A stretch of 64,000 bases of DNA, from positions 832,001-896,000 of the forward strand of contig CAVWVI010000004.1 of NCBI GenBank assembly GCA_963758495.1, written 5' to 3'. Both the position numbers and the translations under genes were made by a program. Of the stretch, positions 20,159-29,706 are shown one piece after another (position 1 is the stretch's first letter; every line of letters begins with the position of its first letter). Source of the stretch: Oligoflexia bacterium. Lineage in GTDB: Bacteria > Bdellovibrionota > UBA1018. Below the pieces are notes generated by a model that was not told the origin of the DNA, did not search any database, and saw only the letters and a list, made by a program, of their open reading frames with translations.

Positions 20159-21199
20159 TTAAAAATCAATGGCTTCAAAAATCTTCGTTTTTACATTCCA
20201 GATAACATTTTGACCATGATTAAAATCAAATCCTGTTGTCATAATCTCTCCATTTGGCGCACGCGCACCTAATATCTCTAGGTCATTAGCATCACGAAAC
20301 ATCAATATGTCGTTATGTGTTTCTACATAAAATGATTCTAGAAGGCCCAGCTTTTTTTGAACCTCTTTTAGGTTTTTAAATCCCAAAACTTGAATCAAAT
20401 AACGCTCTTCTGACTTATCATGATTATTTAGCACTTTATCAAGACGATCTGCCAACTCTGCAGCAGTTGGGCCTTGAATTGTAGGCTGACGAAAAATACC
20501 TTGGGAAATTTCCTTAGGACTACCGACAAACGGCACAGCATGAATGATAGCCTTTTCTTTTCCAGATTCGTCTATTTCTTTAAAATTATCTGCACAAATT
20601 TTATAAATATTTTGAATAGCCAAATCTGTTCGAGCCGCTTTAATGGCAGTTTTCATTCCATTTCCCCAAGGAGATGGCTTTCTTAATTTAACTACTTCAT
20701 TAGAGTTTTCAGTTATCCAATGCATTCTGAGTGCTAACCTTAAAGGCAACCTCGGAAACTTTCGGATTAAAACTTCTGGATCGAGATCTTTATAAATATC
20801 TTTTAAGGCATGATCACTCGGAGTTTCACCATGAACATAATAAGCCCATGACATTGACCCTTCACCTGCAAAAGTCAGCCGCTGACCTGTTTTAGCTTCA
20901 AAATCTTGAACTCTACGTTTTTTATACGCATCATCTGTCTCGTGATCGTATTTGGGAGGAATGTTGTAAGACATATTATAGCGAATAGTGCTATTTGAAC
21001 CTAACTTTTTTGGCCTAATATATCGGAAATCCTTTGGTGTAACCACTTTTGTAAACTTCCAAGAGTCCTTATAGCCAGTAGAATAAGGGTCAGCCTTAGA
21101 AAATCTGCTTAATATATCATTTGGATTTGTAGGTATAGCTTGACAGCATTTATTAATTGTAGGGACTTTTGATCCGGGAGGAGGAAACAGTTCCTCCAA
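20159..21199 (-). CDS. Hypothetical protein with degenerate protein-kinase-like motifs; N-terminus possibly interrupted by a TGA
   Basis: AGEGSMSWAY (Gly loop-like), VVK, FDFNHGQNVIW (catalytic loop-like), terminal IDF; in-frame ATG at 21280 separated by one TGA. Confidence 0.55.
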   Translation of the reverse strand: MEELFPPPGSKVPTINKCCQAIPTNPNDILSRFSKADPYSTGYKDSWKFTKVVTPKDFRYIRPKKLGSNSTIRYNMSYNIPPKYDHETDDAYKKRRVQDFEAKTGQRLTFAGEGSMSWAYYVHGETPSDHALKDIYKDLDPEVLIRKFPRLPLRLALRMHWITENSNEVVKLRKPSPWGNGMKTAIKAARTDLAIQNIYKICADNFKEIDESGKEKAIIHAVPFVGSPKEISQGIFRQPTIQGPTAAELADRLDKVLNNHDKSEERYLIQVLGFKNLKEVQKKLGLLESFYVETHNDILMFRDANDLEILGARAPNGEIMTTGFDFNHGQNVIWNVKTKIFEAIDF

Positions 21200-21307
21200 T
21201 TCTGCTAAAGCCCGGTGGCACTCTTTATCTCAACCTCCGATGGGGCCGAAAGACCCGAGGGAAAGATAGAGACATGCCATTAACAATATATCGGTCTAAA
21301 AATTTCG

Positions 21308-24300
21308 TTATTTATTTTGACGTAGAATTTTATCCATACTTTCTCTAGCCAGTTGATTTGCCTTATCCATTGAATATTTACCTGTTTCATATCTATAGAA
21401 GCATTTAAGAAGTGCTCTCGATAATTCTTCCAAAGGTTTTGTCCCTTTATGGTTAATCGACAGACTTTTACCATCTAATTCATTTAATCTTTTTTCGACA
21501 AGCTGGTATCGCTCTGGAATTTCATTACCTTGGATTTTAGAAATTCCACTCCTGATCTCACTTATAATCTTATTTATATCCTGTTTTTTTTCTGACCCAG
21601 CCAATAATTTGCTCAATACAATACCCATTTGAAAGTAATCATTTTGGATGCCTGTGAATTTTTTCACATCCTTAATTCCAAGTACATGCATTGCGCTTTC
21701 GATAGCTTGATTTTTATCAATTTTAAGTTCATTCCCCACTTTCATATGTTCTTGTTCGTAATCATAATACGCATTAAATTCTGGATCATTTGCAGACACC
21801 CTTAGTGATCTGGAATAAGGAGAAGTAAGATACACATCATTTTCCGAATCAAACCATCCCAAATTATTTTGAGTATGATTATAGCCAGGCAATATCAAAG
21901 TAGCTTTTTTCGGATCGGATGCATTTGCCTTTTTCCATATCGCTGATCCGAAATCAATAATGAGACAATTTCCACTATCATCGATCATTACATTTTCAAG
22001 TTTGATATCCCTATGAATAATTCCAGCACTATGAAGGGCATCCATTTGAGTCACAAGCTGCCTTCCACATTTTTCCTTGACCTCAGGATTTCCAAGCAAT
22101 TTCCCATACTGCTTGAGTCCATTATAGCCCTTTGGAGCGCTCTCTAAATCAAATGCTTTTTGCAGGTCAATTCCAAGATTAGGATTAATTTTACTATCCT
22201 TCTTTTTATCCTGAATAAATTTTTGAATAAGTGGGTTAGTGGCCGCTAACCTCCGAAAAACATTCACAACCTCTGATTTTAAATCACTTTCGGCACGCTT
22301 TTGTGTCGGCAATTTTCTCTTAAATTGATTACTTCCCAACCTCTGATTATCATCTGCTTTATATTGCTCCAAAATCTTTTTTTCATGATTTTTAAAATCA
22401 AATGCTTGATAAAGCTCTTTTGTAGTCGCTGGGGATCCCACAACCATCCTACACTCACGTCCTGCATTGATATACGAAGTTGGTACAAAATACTTGACCC
22501 CATTTTCGCAATAGGCTTGTACACTCAACTTAATTATTGTTGGCGTTGCGCTTGTATAAGTAAATTTGTTACTCAACTGGCCATCAACACTATCAATACA
22601 TTTGTAATTCTTCAGCTTCATAGTATTGGACTGGTTTTCATTTTCCAATTGTTTCAAAATTGAATCAACCGCACTTTTATTAGGGCCAGAACTACTCAAT
22701 CTGGCTCCTTTACAAAACTCCTGAATATCATAAGGATAATTAAATAGAGCATTTTCCATAAATGCCTTAAGTTTTGGAGCCGTCTTCTTAAACTGCATAC
22801 TTTCAATACTTAACAAATCTGCATCGATCAGAGCTTTGAGCTTTGTTTGTAGTTCAGCAAAGTTACCGTTAATTTCCCTAGTCTTGCGACTCAGATTATT
22901 ACTTTCACAGAGACTACTTTCTTGAGTCATTAATTCTGACCTAAGCTCGTCCATCTTTAACTTTAATTGCTTCTCCATATCCACAATTTCAGACTCTTTG
23001 GACAAGGAATAAAGTTCCGCTTTTTTTCTGACTTCTGCCAATCCTTGGTTCATTTCTTTTTCAAGAACCGATTTATTATTTTGAATCAGTCCATAAATGT
23101 CTGAAATCTCTTTTAAATTTCCGCAGAGATTCTGTAAATTCGGATTAAAAACAGAATCACTCTGAAATGGACAATTCTCCTTAATTTCAGAATAATGCAT
23201 GTTCTCACTTGGCTCGACTTTATTTGAAGACCCCAAACTAGCATCAAGACGCTCCACTTCCTTGAGCGCTTTGTCCATTGCCTCATAATGAGCTTCGATC
23301 ATGCCCAATTTTTTTTGAGTAAGATCTGAAGGCTCAGTTAAATATTTCTGAATGAATTCATCCTGCTTAGCCTTTAAGTTTTCAATTGCTTGATCATTAA
23401 TAGGGTTCTTACTTAACTCAGCAAGCCACTGTTGACGATAACTTTCTGATTTAGAGATAAGTGAAGACTTCCCATGATCCTGATCCAGCAGGGTACTATT
23501 TTTATGAATATCCTCCAATTCTTTATCCACTTTTGAGAGATTAGCTTTGTAATCTCTTAATTGCGCATTCAGTAGAATCAGATGTTTTTCTAATTCATCT
23601 CTTATGGCCTGCTGCTTTTCACTTAACTTCTTTTCTGCTTTTAGATTCTCAATCATTTTTTCCGCAGAATGAATTGAATGCGCTAATTCATCTGCTTTAT
23701 CTTTATTTCTTAAAATAAAATCGTTCAGCCGCTTTTTAGCATTTTCATAACTCTCAGATTCTTTGTTTATAGAAGCTTTCACTCCATCTTGAAAGTCTTG
23801 ATCTAATTGGCTAACCTGACCATATTTTGAATGAATCGCGAACACCTGATCGTGAGCATCTTTAGCATGTTTGAAACTCTGTTCTAATTTTTCAAGATCC
23901 GTTTCAGTCGAAAGGTTTGACTCCCGTGTAAATAGATTAAGTGTACGCTGAGTCTTTTCTTCAGCATCAGTAACTATTTTTCTATTCAATTCTCTCACAC
24001 TATTTCCTTGGTACCGACTAAACACTCCTCCTTCCCCTATATCTTTTGCCATACCATCCGTAGGTGAACCTAGATCTTTAATCATCTGCGCTAGATTCCC
24101 TCTCAACTCTCTTAATTTCTCCGGTGTCATTTTATTTACTACTTCAACTTCAGGTTGCGATACAGTTGATACAGAAGGATTGCTGATAGATTCTTCTTGA
24201 ACGGGAGCATCCACTATCACAGGGGCATCCATGGAAACATTCACTCTGAGTCGAGCCACTTCAGATTCTAATTTTTTTATTTTTAACATGTCGGCATCAT

Positions 24301-25972
24301 TTCTACGTTGTTCAAATGCACGGTTTTGACCGTTCATCCCCTTTTGTAGTTCCTCCAGCTTTTGATATTGCTTTTTAAGTTCAGCGTGCTCTTTGATCAA
24401 TTGCTTGTTTGGACTCAGATAATCCATATCACGCTTCTGAACCTTGGGGGCTTTCGCTAGCTCTTGTTGTAATTTTTCAATTTCCTCTTTATATTGATTC
24501 AGTAAGCTTTCTTGCTCGCGTGCCTGATTTGCCTGACTTTGCAATTCGTCTTTCTGTTTTCTCAGTAATGAAAGCTCATTCTCTAACTCCAGATTTTTCT
24601 GATGAACCGCCCCTAGACTTAATTTTTCATTTTCTAATTCTTGAATACGAGCAGCCTTAGCTGCAATTTCACCTGAATATCCATTTTTCTCATTCTGATG
24701 TAAAATCTCCATGTTAGTATGCTCTAAGGCCAAAGCCACTGATTTTTCTTCTGATTTACGTAATTGACTTTCAAGAGCTTGAATTTTACTTTCACCCGCT
24801 TTCCTCTGTTCATCACTCTGCCTTCCCTCGGCTTCTTGATTGGCTAAGGACTGTTTGGCCGCTGCGAGTTCAGATAATAGCCGCTCTTCATTAACCTGAC
24901 GATTCTGCAAGTCCTGACTCAATTTTTGTAATTGCTGATCTTTCTCTTCTTTTTGACTGACTAACTCCTCTTGAAGTTTTTCCTTTGAATCTTGCATTTC
25001 TTGAAGTTCTTTCATGTACTTTGCTTTAATTTTTTCGACTTTCAATTCCGCTTGCTTTTGGCGTTGTATTGTTAATTTTCCCTTGGAAGCACGTAACTGT
25101 TTCTGAATCTGATCTACTTCTTTTTGAAGACCATCCACACTGGTATTCGCCTTAGCTTCCAATGCAGCTTTCTGTGGGATTATTTCGCCCTTTTCTGAAG
25201 GATTATTGAACTTATACTGAAGTTTTTTATAATGACCCATTAATTCGTCATATTTTTTAGAGAGGTCTGTAGGGGACGGCTTTTTGGCAATATATTCGTT
25301 ATATTCTTGCAGTTTAGTTTGGTAATTTTTTAAAGACCCATGTAACTCGGTCTGATCTTGAGGAACGGTTTTAATATAGGAATTGATTACATCTTGGTAG
25401 GCTTGCATCGCACCCCCATAAACAACGTGAGATTGATGCTGATTGGGATTGCTGTAAAACTGTTTCAATTTTTCAGTGTAAATTTTTGAGTGAGTAACTA
25501 ATGGATGCTCTTGAGCCTTTCCATCGTTATGATAGACAGACCCTAATAGCTGTGTATAGCTATCAGCAATTCGAACTTCTGGATGAATCTCTTTTTGTTT
25601 TACTTCTTCTTTTTTAATTTCTGATTCCGGATTCTGGGCAATGGCAAGAAGGGCTTCCTGATAATTTTTGATCCGATCCATTACGATTTTTAGTTGATTT
25701 TCATCGCCCCACCAGCGAGAAGGTTTTCCATTTTCAAGGAATTGCTCTAAATACTTTCTCCAATGATCTAGATTTTCAAGTTCAAACTTTGTATCTTTAA
25801 CTTTATGTTCGAATGCAAGGAGAGGAACCTCAATTTCGCCCGAGCTAACAGCATCCTGACGCTTAGTAACTGCACTATTACTTTGCTCAGCTGCAGAGCA
25901 TGGCACGCTAATAGACAAAGCAAATAGAGCAGATAAAATCCCCAATCTCAAAAAGACATAATTTTTAGGCAT
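21308..25972 (-). CDS. Large secreted coiled-coil protein with C-terminal Hanks-type Ser/Thr kinase domain
   Basis: Signal peptide, long E/K/Q-rich coiled coil, LHSAGIIHRDIKLENVMID and IIDFGSA. Confidence 0.85.
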   Translation of the reverse strand: MPKNYVFLRLGILSALFALSISVPCSAAEQSNSAVTKRQDAVSSGEIEVPLLAFEHKVKDTKFELENLDHWRKYLEQFLENGKPSRWWGDENQLKIVMDRIKNYQEALLAIAQNPESEIKKEEVKQKEIHPEVRIADSYTQLLGSVYHNDGKAQEHPLVTHSKIYTEKLKQFYSNPNQHQSHVVYGGAMQAYQDVINSYIKTVPQDQTELHGSLKNYQTKLQEYNEYIAKKPSPTDLSKKYDELMGHYKKLQYKFNNPSEKGEIIPQKAALEAKANTSVDGLQKEVDQIQKQLRASKGKLTIQRQKQAELKVEKIKAKYMKELQEMQDSKEKLQEELVSQKEEKDQQLQKLSQDLQNRQVNEERLLSELAAAKQSLANQEAEGRQSDEQRKAGESKIQALESQLRKSEEKSVALALEHTNMEILHQNEKNGYSGEIAAKAARIQELENEKLSLGAVHQKNLELENELSLLRKQKDELQSQANQAREQESLLNQYKEEIEKLQQELAKAPKVQKRDMDYLSPNKQLIKEHAELKKQYQKLEELQKGMNGQNRAFEQRRNDADMLKIKKLESEVARLRVNVSMDAPVIVDAPVQEESISNPSVSTVSQPEVEVVNKMTPEKLRELRGNLAQMIKDLGSPTDGMAKDIGEGGVFSRYQGNSVRELNRKIVTDAEEKTQRTLNLFTRESNLSTETDLEKLEQSFKHAKDAHDQVFAIHSKYGQVSQLDQDFQDGVKASINKESESYENAKKRLNDFILRNKDKADELAHSIHSAEKMIENLKAEKKLSEKQQAIRDELEKHLILLNAQLRDYKANLSKVDKELEDIHKNSTLLDQDHGKSSLISKSESYRQQWLAELSKNPINDQAIENLKAKQDEFIQKYLTEPSDLTQKKLGMIEAHYEAMDKALKEVERLDASLGSSNKVEPSENMHYSEIKENCPFQSDSVFNPNLQNLCGNLKEISDIYGLIQNNKSVLEKEMNQGLAEVRKKAELYSLSKESEIVDMEKQLKLKMDELRSELMTQESSLCESNNLSRKTREINGNFAELQTKLKALIDADLLSIESMQFKKTAPKLKAFMENALFNYPYDIQEFCKGARLSSSGPNKSAVDSILKQLENENQSNTMKLKNYKCIDSVDGQLSNKFTYTSATPTIIKLSVQAYCENGVKYFVPTSYINAGRECRMVVGSPATTKELYQAFDFKNHEKKILEQYKADDNQRLGSNQFKRKLPTQKRAESDLKSEVVNVFRRLAATNPLIQKFIQDKKKDSKINPNLGIDLQKAFDLESAPKGYNGLKQYGKLLGNPEVKEKCGRQLVTQMDALHSAGIIHRDIKLENVMIDDSGNCLIIDFGSAIWKKANASDPKKATLILPGYNHTQNNLGWFDSENDVYLTSPYSRSLRVSANDPEFNAYYDYEQEHMKVGNELKIDKNQAIESAMHVLGIKDVKKFTGIQNDYFQMGIVLSKLLAGSEKKQDINKIISEIRSGISKIQGNEIPERYQLVEKRLNELDGKSLSINHKGTKPLEELSRALLKCFYRYETGKYSMDKANQLARESMDKILRQNK

Positions 25973-26212
25973 CAGTTAAATTATACAATATTAATTTCTG
26001 AATGCCATTTAATACGGAGTAAATACAGGTCAATATATTTACATTTTAATTAAATAATTTTTTATTAATAAAACCATGAAATTACGCCCTGTGTCTATTT
26101 ATACACAGGGCTATACTCTTACCACCTTGCTCAAAAGTTAAAAATAAAATTTTACTCAAGAATGAAAGTTGCATCTTCAATTAAAATTGGAAAAATAAAC
26201 AAGGAGAACAAA

Positions 26213-26812
26213 ATGCAAACCCTTAGAGAAATTATGACAAAAAACGTTGAAATAGTTCGTCCCAATGCAACCCTATTTGAAGCTGCAGAAAAAATGCGAA
26301 ATCAAAACGTAGGCGTATTACCCGTCGTTGAAGGTAAAAAAATTGAAGGCATGATTACTGACCGGGATATTGTAATTCGTGCATTAGCAAATCGCAAAGA
26401 TCCACGACAAACTCGGGTTTCTGATTTAATGACCCGGGATGTAGTTTATTCATACGAGGATCAGGGCGTCGATGAAGCCGCCAAAATGATGCATGATAAA
26501 CATGTAAGACGCATCCTAGTATTGAATAATAATAGAAATTTAGTAGGCGTCATCTCATTAGGTGACCTAGCAACGCAGACAGGAAGAAGAAGAATGGTTA
26601 GCGAAGTGCTCGAAGAAGTCTCTACCTCTGGTCAAAACATGATGGTGATAAGAAGATTTTGGAATAACTTAAACTCACGTGTCGGAATGGCAAGCCTTAT
26701 TGGAGTAGCCACACTTATTTTTGGAGTCTTCATGTTCCGAAGACGCCCGGAACTCCGAGCAAGGCTACAGGGTGTAACAATCCCCTTTGAAAAAGATGAA
26801 AGAGCAGCGTAA
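26213..26812 (+). CDS. CBS-domain pair protein with C-terminal membrane anchor
   Basis: REIMTK, GVLPVV, GMITDRDI, GVISLGDL; RBS AAGGAG before ATG 26213; hydrophobic C-terminal helix followed by RRR. Confidence 0.88.
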   Translation: MQTLREIMTKNVEIVRPNATLFEAAEKMRNQNVGVLPVVEGKKIEGMITDRDIVIRALANRKDPRQTRVSDLMTRDVVYSYEDQGVDEAAKMMHDKHVRRILVLNNNRNLVGVISLGDLATQTGRRRMVSEVLEEVSTSGQNMMVIRRFWNNLNSRVGMASLIGVATLIFGVFMFRRRPELRARLQGVTIPFEKDERAA

Positions 26813-26860
26813 AAAATGAAGCATTCCCTGTTCAAAATCCAATCGTAAGTAGTTCCACCT

Positions 26861-26937
26861 TTAGGGCTGTTGACAAGCACCGCAAGGAGTCCTGTTGCGT
26901 CGTAAAGATTTGGATTTCCGGCGCAACAGGACTCCTT
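26861..26937. repeat. Palindromic dispersed repeat, copy B
   Basis: TTAGGGCTGTTGACAAGCAC-CGCAAGGAGTCCTGTTGCG...CGCAACAGGACTCCTT. Confidence 0.85.
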
Positions 26938-26997
26938 TTTAGACGTTCGATTATAAATATTATTACATTAAAATAAATGTCGTAGTATTGACTTCCT

Positions 26998-28287
26998 ATG
27001 AATCCAATTTTTCCTCTTTCTCTTATTAAGAAACATTCCTTGATTTGGGCTATCAGTCTTGGATGGGTACTTTGTCTTTTTCAAATTGGCTTTACATGGC
27101 TTTTCGCACCCAAAAATCCAGTTCCAGCAAATCAATATTTTCGGATGCACGTATTGGACAATTGGGATGTAAAACCTGGGAACTCTGCTTTAGAAACTGG
27201 ATATAAACGATTTAACAACTGGGATAGTCTCCGTTTTTTCGAAATTGCTCAAAATGGATTTCATATCCCCAAACACAACATCCTTGAAAGTGATATTCAC
27301 CAGTATCGAGCTAATGTCACCACTCCTCCTGCCTATCCACTAGCCGTGCATTGGATTCAACGCATCTTCAGATTACCGGGAGAAATTGCGCTTTTAGTTA
27401 CGGCACAGCTGGCATGTTGGATTTTTTGGATTTATTTTATTTTAATTTTAATTGAATCTCGAGTTCCTAGCTCCGGAATTCTTCTCAGCGCCTTCACCGT
27501 TGCAGTACACCCAGCTTCCTTTTATTTAGTTGTGGGATACACAGAGTCCCTCTTTATGGCTTCCTTTATGGGGTTAATTTACTGGACCAACCGTTGGGCA
27601 AAAAGCCGACATTCAACGACGTTCTGGTTTCTAGCTGCAAGCCACGGATTTATAGGAGCAGCCACTCGGTTTGCAGGATTTCCTATTGCCGTCTATCCAA
27701 TCGCTCAGGCCATCATAAAAGGACGAAATAAACTCCTCTCAGGTGCGCTTCTCTCGCTTTTCGTAATTTTTGGTTTAATTTCATTTTTTATATATTCTTA
27801 TTTTAAATTCGGAAAATGGGATCTCTATTTTAGTCTAACTCAGCTAGGATGGGGGCTCTCTTCCAAGAGTGGGTACTGGGCGATCTTTAATCCCATGTCC
27901 TATATCCCTTTATATTTTTTTGAAGACACTATGGCCTCTATCAATCGCACCGCAGTACCCTGGAGCTTAGGATTAATCATTCTCTCTTGGAGCTTAGATA
28001 GACAAAAAACAAACAGAATGGGTCTTTACTGTAGTGCTTTCGCACTTCTTTACGCAGCAATGATAGGAAAAGCGGGTTCAAATATGGATGGAATGATCCG
28101 ATATACTCTTCCTGCCTTTGTACCTATAATCCTTTGCATCACTCAGGTATTGAATACTGATCCATCCTACATTCAAACTGTTTTAAAATCTAAAGTTCGC
28201 TGGATCCTTTTGGCGGGGTATCTCCTTGCTATTGCTACTCAAGGATGGATGGCTTGGCGCTTTCTACATGGCCGATGGGTATCATAA
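26998..28287 (+). CDS. GT-C polytopic glycosyltransferase (PIG-V/mannosyltransferase-like)
   Basis: WDS..F..IAQNG, PPAYP, YTESLF, many TM helices, late RY motif. Confidence 0.75.
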   Translation: MNPIFPLSLIKKHSLIWAISLGWVLCLFQIGFTWLFAPKNPVPANQYFRMHVLDNWDVKPGNSALETGYKRFNNWDSLRFFEIAQNGFHIPKHNILESDIHQYRANVTTPPAYPLAVHWIQRIFRLPGEIALLVTAQLACWIFWIYFILILIESRVPSSGILLSAFTVAVHPASFYLVVGYTESLFMASFMGLIYWTNRWAKSRHSTTFWFLAASHGFIGAATRFAGFPIAVYPIAQAIIKGRNKLLSGALLSLFVIFGLISFFIYSYFKFGKWDLYFSLTQLGWGLSSKSGYWAIFNPMSYIPLYFFEDTMASINRTAVPWSLGLIILSWSLDRQKTNRMGLYCSAFALLYAAMIGKAGSNMDGMIRYTLPAFVPIILCITQVLNTDPSYIQTVLKSKVRWILLAGYLLAIATQGWMAWRFLHGRWVS

Positions 28288-29484
28288 TGATTCTAATGCG
28301 ACTTCTGTAGAAATACCGCGCGTAGGAAAATACGCTTCAAATACATTTCCTTTTCCGGGAATGCTTTCAACTAAACTGACATTCCCACCATGGAGTAAAG
28401 CAATTTGTCTTGATATAAAAAGACCTAAGCCTAACCCCCCCATCCGACTGGTTCTTTGTGCTCTTTCAAAAGGTTGAAAAATCCTCTCGCGGTCCTCAAT
28501 AGGAATACTGGGGCCTTGATCTCTCACCGTCAGCCGAAATGCTCCGTCCTCATCTCTCAAGCGGATCCAAACTACCCCGCCCTCAGGAGAAAATCGAATT
28601 GCATTCATCACCAAATTCGTAATGACTTCCTCCATTCTCACCGGATCCACTCTAACAGTCAGCTTAGGAATTGAATCTACCTGAAGGATTACACCAGCTT
28701 CTTGAGCAATCACATTAAGTCGTGTCTGCGTTAACTCTTGTAAGAGCAATGCAACATCTGTCTCTGAGGGCTCAACCATAAATCGACCATTTTGAATTCT
28801 TGAAATATCCAATAAATCATCAATGAGTTCATTGAGTCGCTCTACTTGATGAATCACCATCTTCAGAAAGTTATGATGCCTCTCTTGCTCTGGAAAATTT
28901 GCCTCCTGGGTACCTTTTAGCCTCAGCATTCTTTCCTGAAGTTGAAGTATACCGTAGATCGACGTAAGTGGAGTTTTTAGTTCATGACTCGCAATCGAGA
29001 GAAACTGATTTCGAATCTGAAGCGAACTATCAAGTCTCGCAATCCGAAATAAATCTGACAAGTACTTCGCTAGAACTAAAAGCATTAATTCTTCATCTGC
29101 CGTCAGGACCCGAGTAGAGCCCACCCCAATAGCAAGATGCTCAATCAGTCGGATTGAAGTAAAATAATTAAAACACTGAAATCCAGGCCACGGGGTTTCA
29201 ATTTCAGACGAAGTAAAATACTGGATTGGATTATTTTCATCCCACTTCTGATCCATTAATTTAAATTTAAATAATGCTGCGGTTTTCTCTCGATTCACAT
29301 TTTCGGGTTGAATCGCATGAGAAATACTTAAGCCCACAGCTTCTTTAGGTTTATTAGAAACTAAAACAACCAAGGGCATATCTAGGAATAGACCCACTTT
29401 TTTTGCAAGTTCGTTCAATTCATTTTGAGATTTGGGCCAGGTAGTGATCTGATTATAAAACTGTAAAAGTTGTGTATTCTTCAC
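28282..29484 (-). CDS. Cytoplasmic sensor histidine kinase
   Basis: FLSIASHELKTPLT, NLVMNAIRFS, DQGP, GLGLGLFI. Confidence 0.9.
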   Translation of the reverse strand: MKNTQLLQFYNQITTWPKSQNELNELAKKVGLFLDMPLVVLVSNKPKEAVGLSISHAIQPENVNREKTAALFKFKLMDQKWDENNPIQYFTSSEIETPWPGFQCFNYFTSIRLIEHLAIGVGSTRVLTADEELMLLVLAKYLSDLFRIARLDSSLQIRNQFLSIASHELKTPLTSIYGILQLQERMLRLKGTQEANFPEQERHHNFLKMVIHQVERLNELIDDLLDISRIQNGRFMVEPSETDVALLLQELTQTRLNVIAQEAGVILQVDSIPKLTVRVDPVRMEEVITNLVMNAIRFSPEGGVVWIRLRDEDGAFRLTVRDQGPSIPIEDRERIFQPFERAQRTSRMGGLGLGLFISRQIALLHGGNVSLVESIPGKGNVFEAYFPTRGISTEVALESL

Positions 29485-29566
29485 AACTTAAAGTTACCAC
29501 TTAATCAGCTCAGCGGCTCTGCGTTAAATTTCAGAAAAACGGGCACGCTAATTGAACAACTTAATA

Positions 29567-29665
29567 TTGAAAAATCGAGGAAGAGCGTTCGCGTCATTAT
29601 CTTCGCCCCCGAAACTGATGCGACCCACCTCGACTGAGGGGCAAGCTAAACCTTGCCCCTCCTGC
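29567..29665 (+). ncRNA. Candidate structured small RNA
   Basis: Nested stems TCGAGG/CCTCGA, TCGCGTCA/TGATGCGA (G-U on +), TTCG/CGAA, then 10-bp hairpin GAGGGGCAAG/CTTGCCCCTC; upstream GGGCAC-N5-TTGA. Confidence 0.35.
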
Positions 29666-29684
29666 ATTTGCATAAGGAATTCAT

Positions 29685-29706
29685 TTAGGGCTGTTGACAA
29701 GCACTG
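29685..29706. repeat. Dispersed repeat, copy C (one arm; supplies the lysR stop codon)
   Basis: TTAGGGCTGTTGACAAGCACTG. Confidence 0.75.

Noticed and set aside
20100..26100. Prophage or tape-measure interpretation of the long coiled-coil gene
   Set aside because: It has a signal peptide and kinase domain, and there are no phage genes around it
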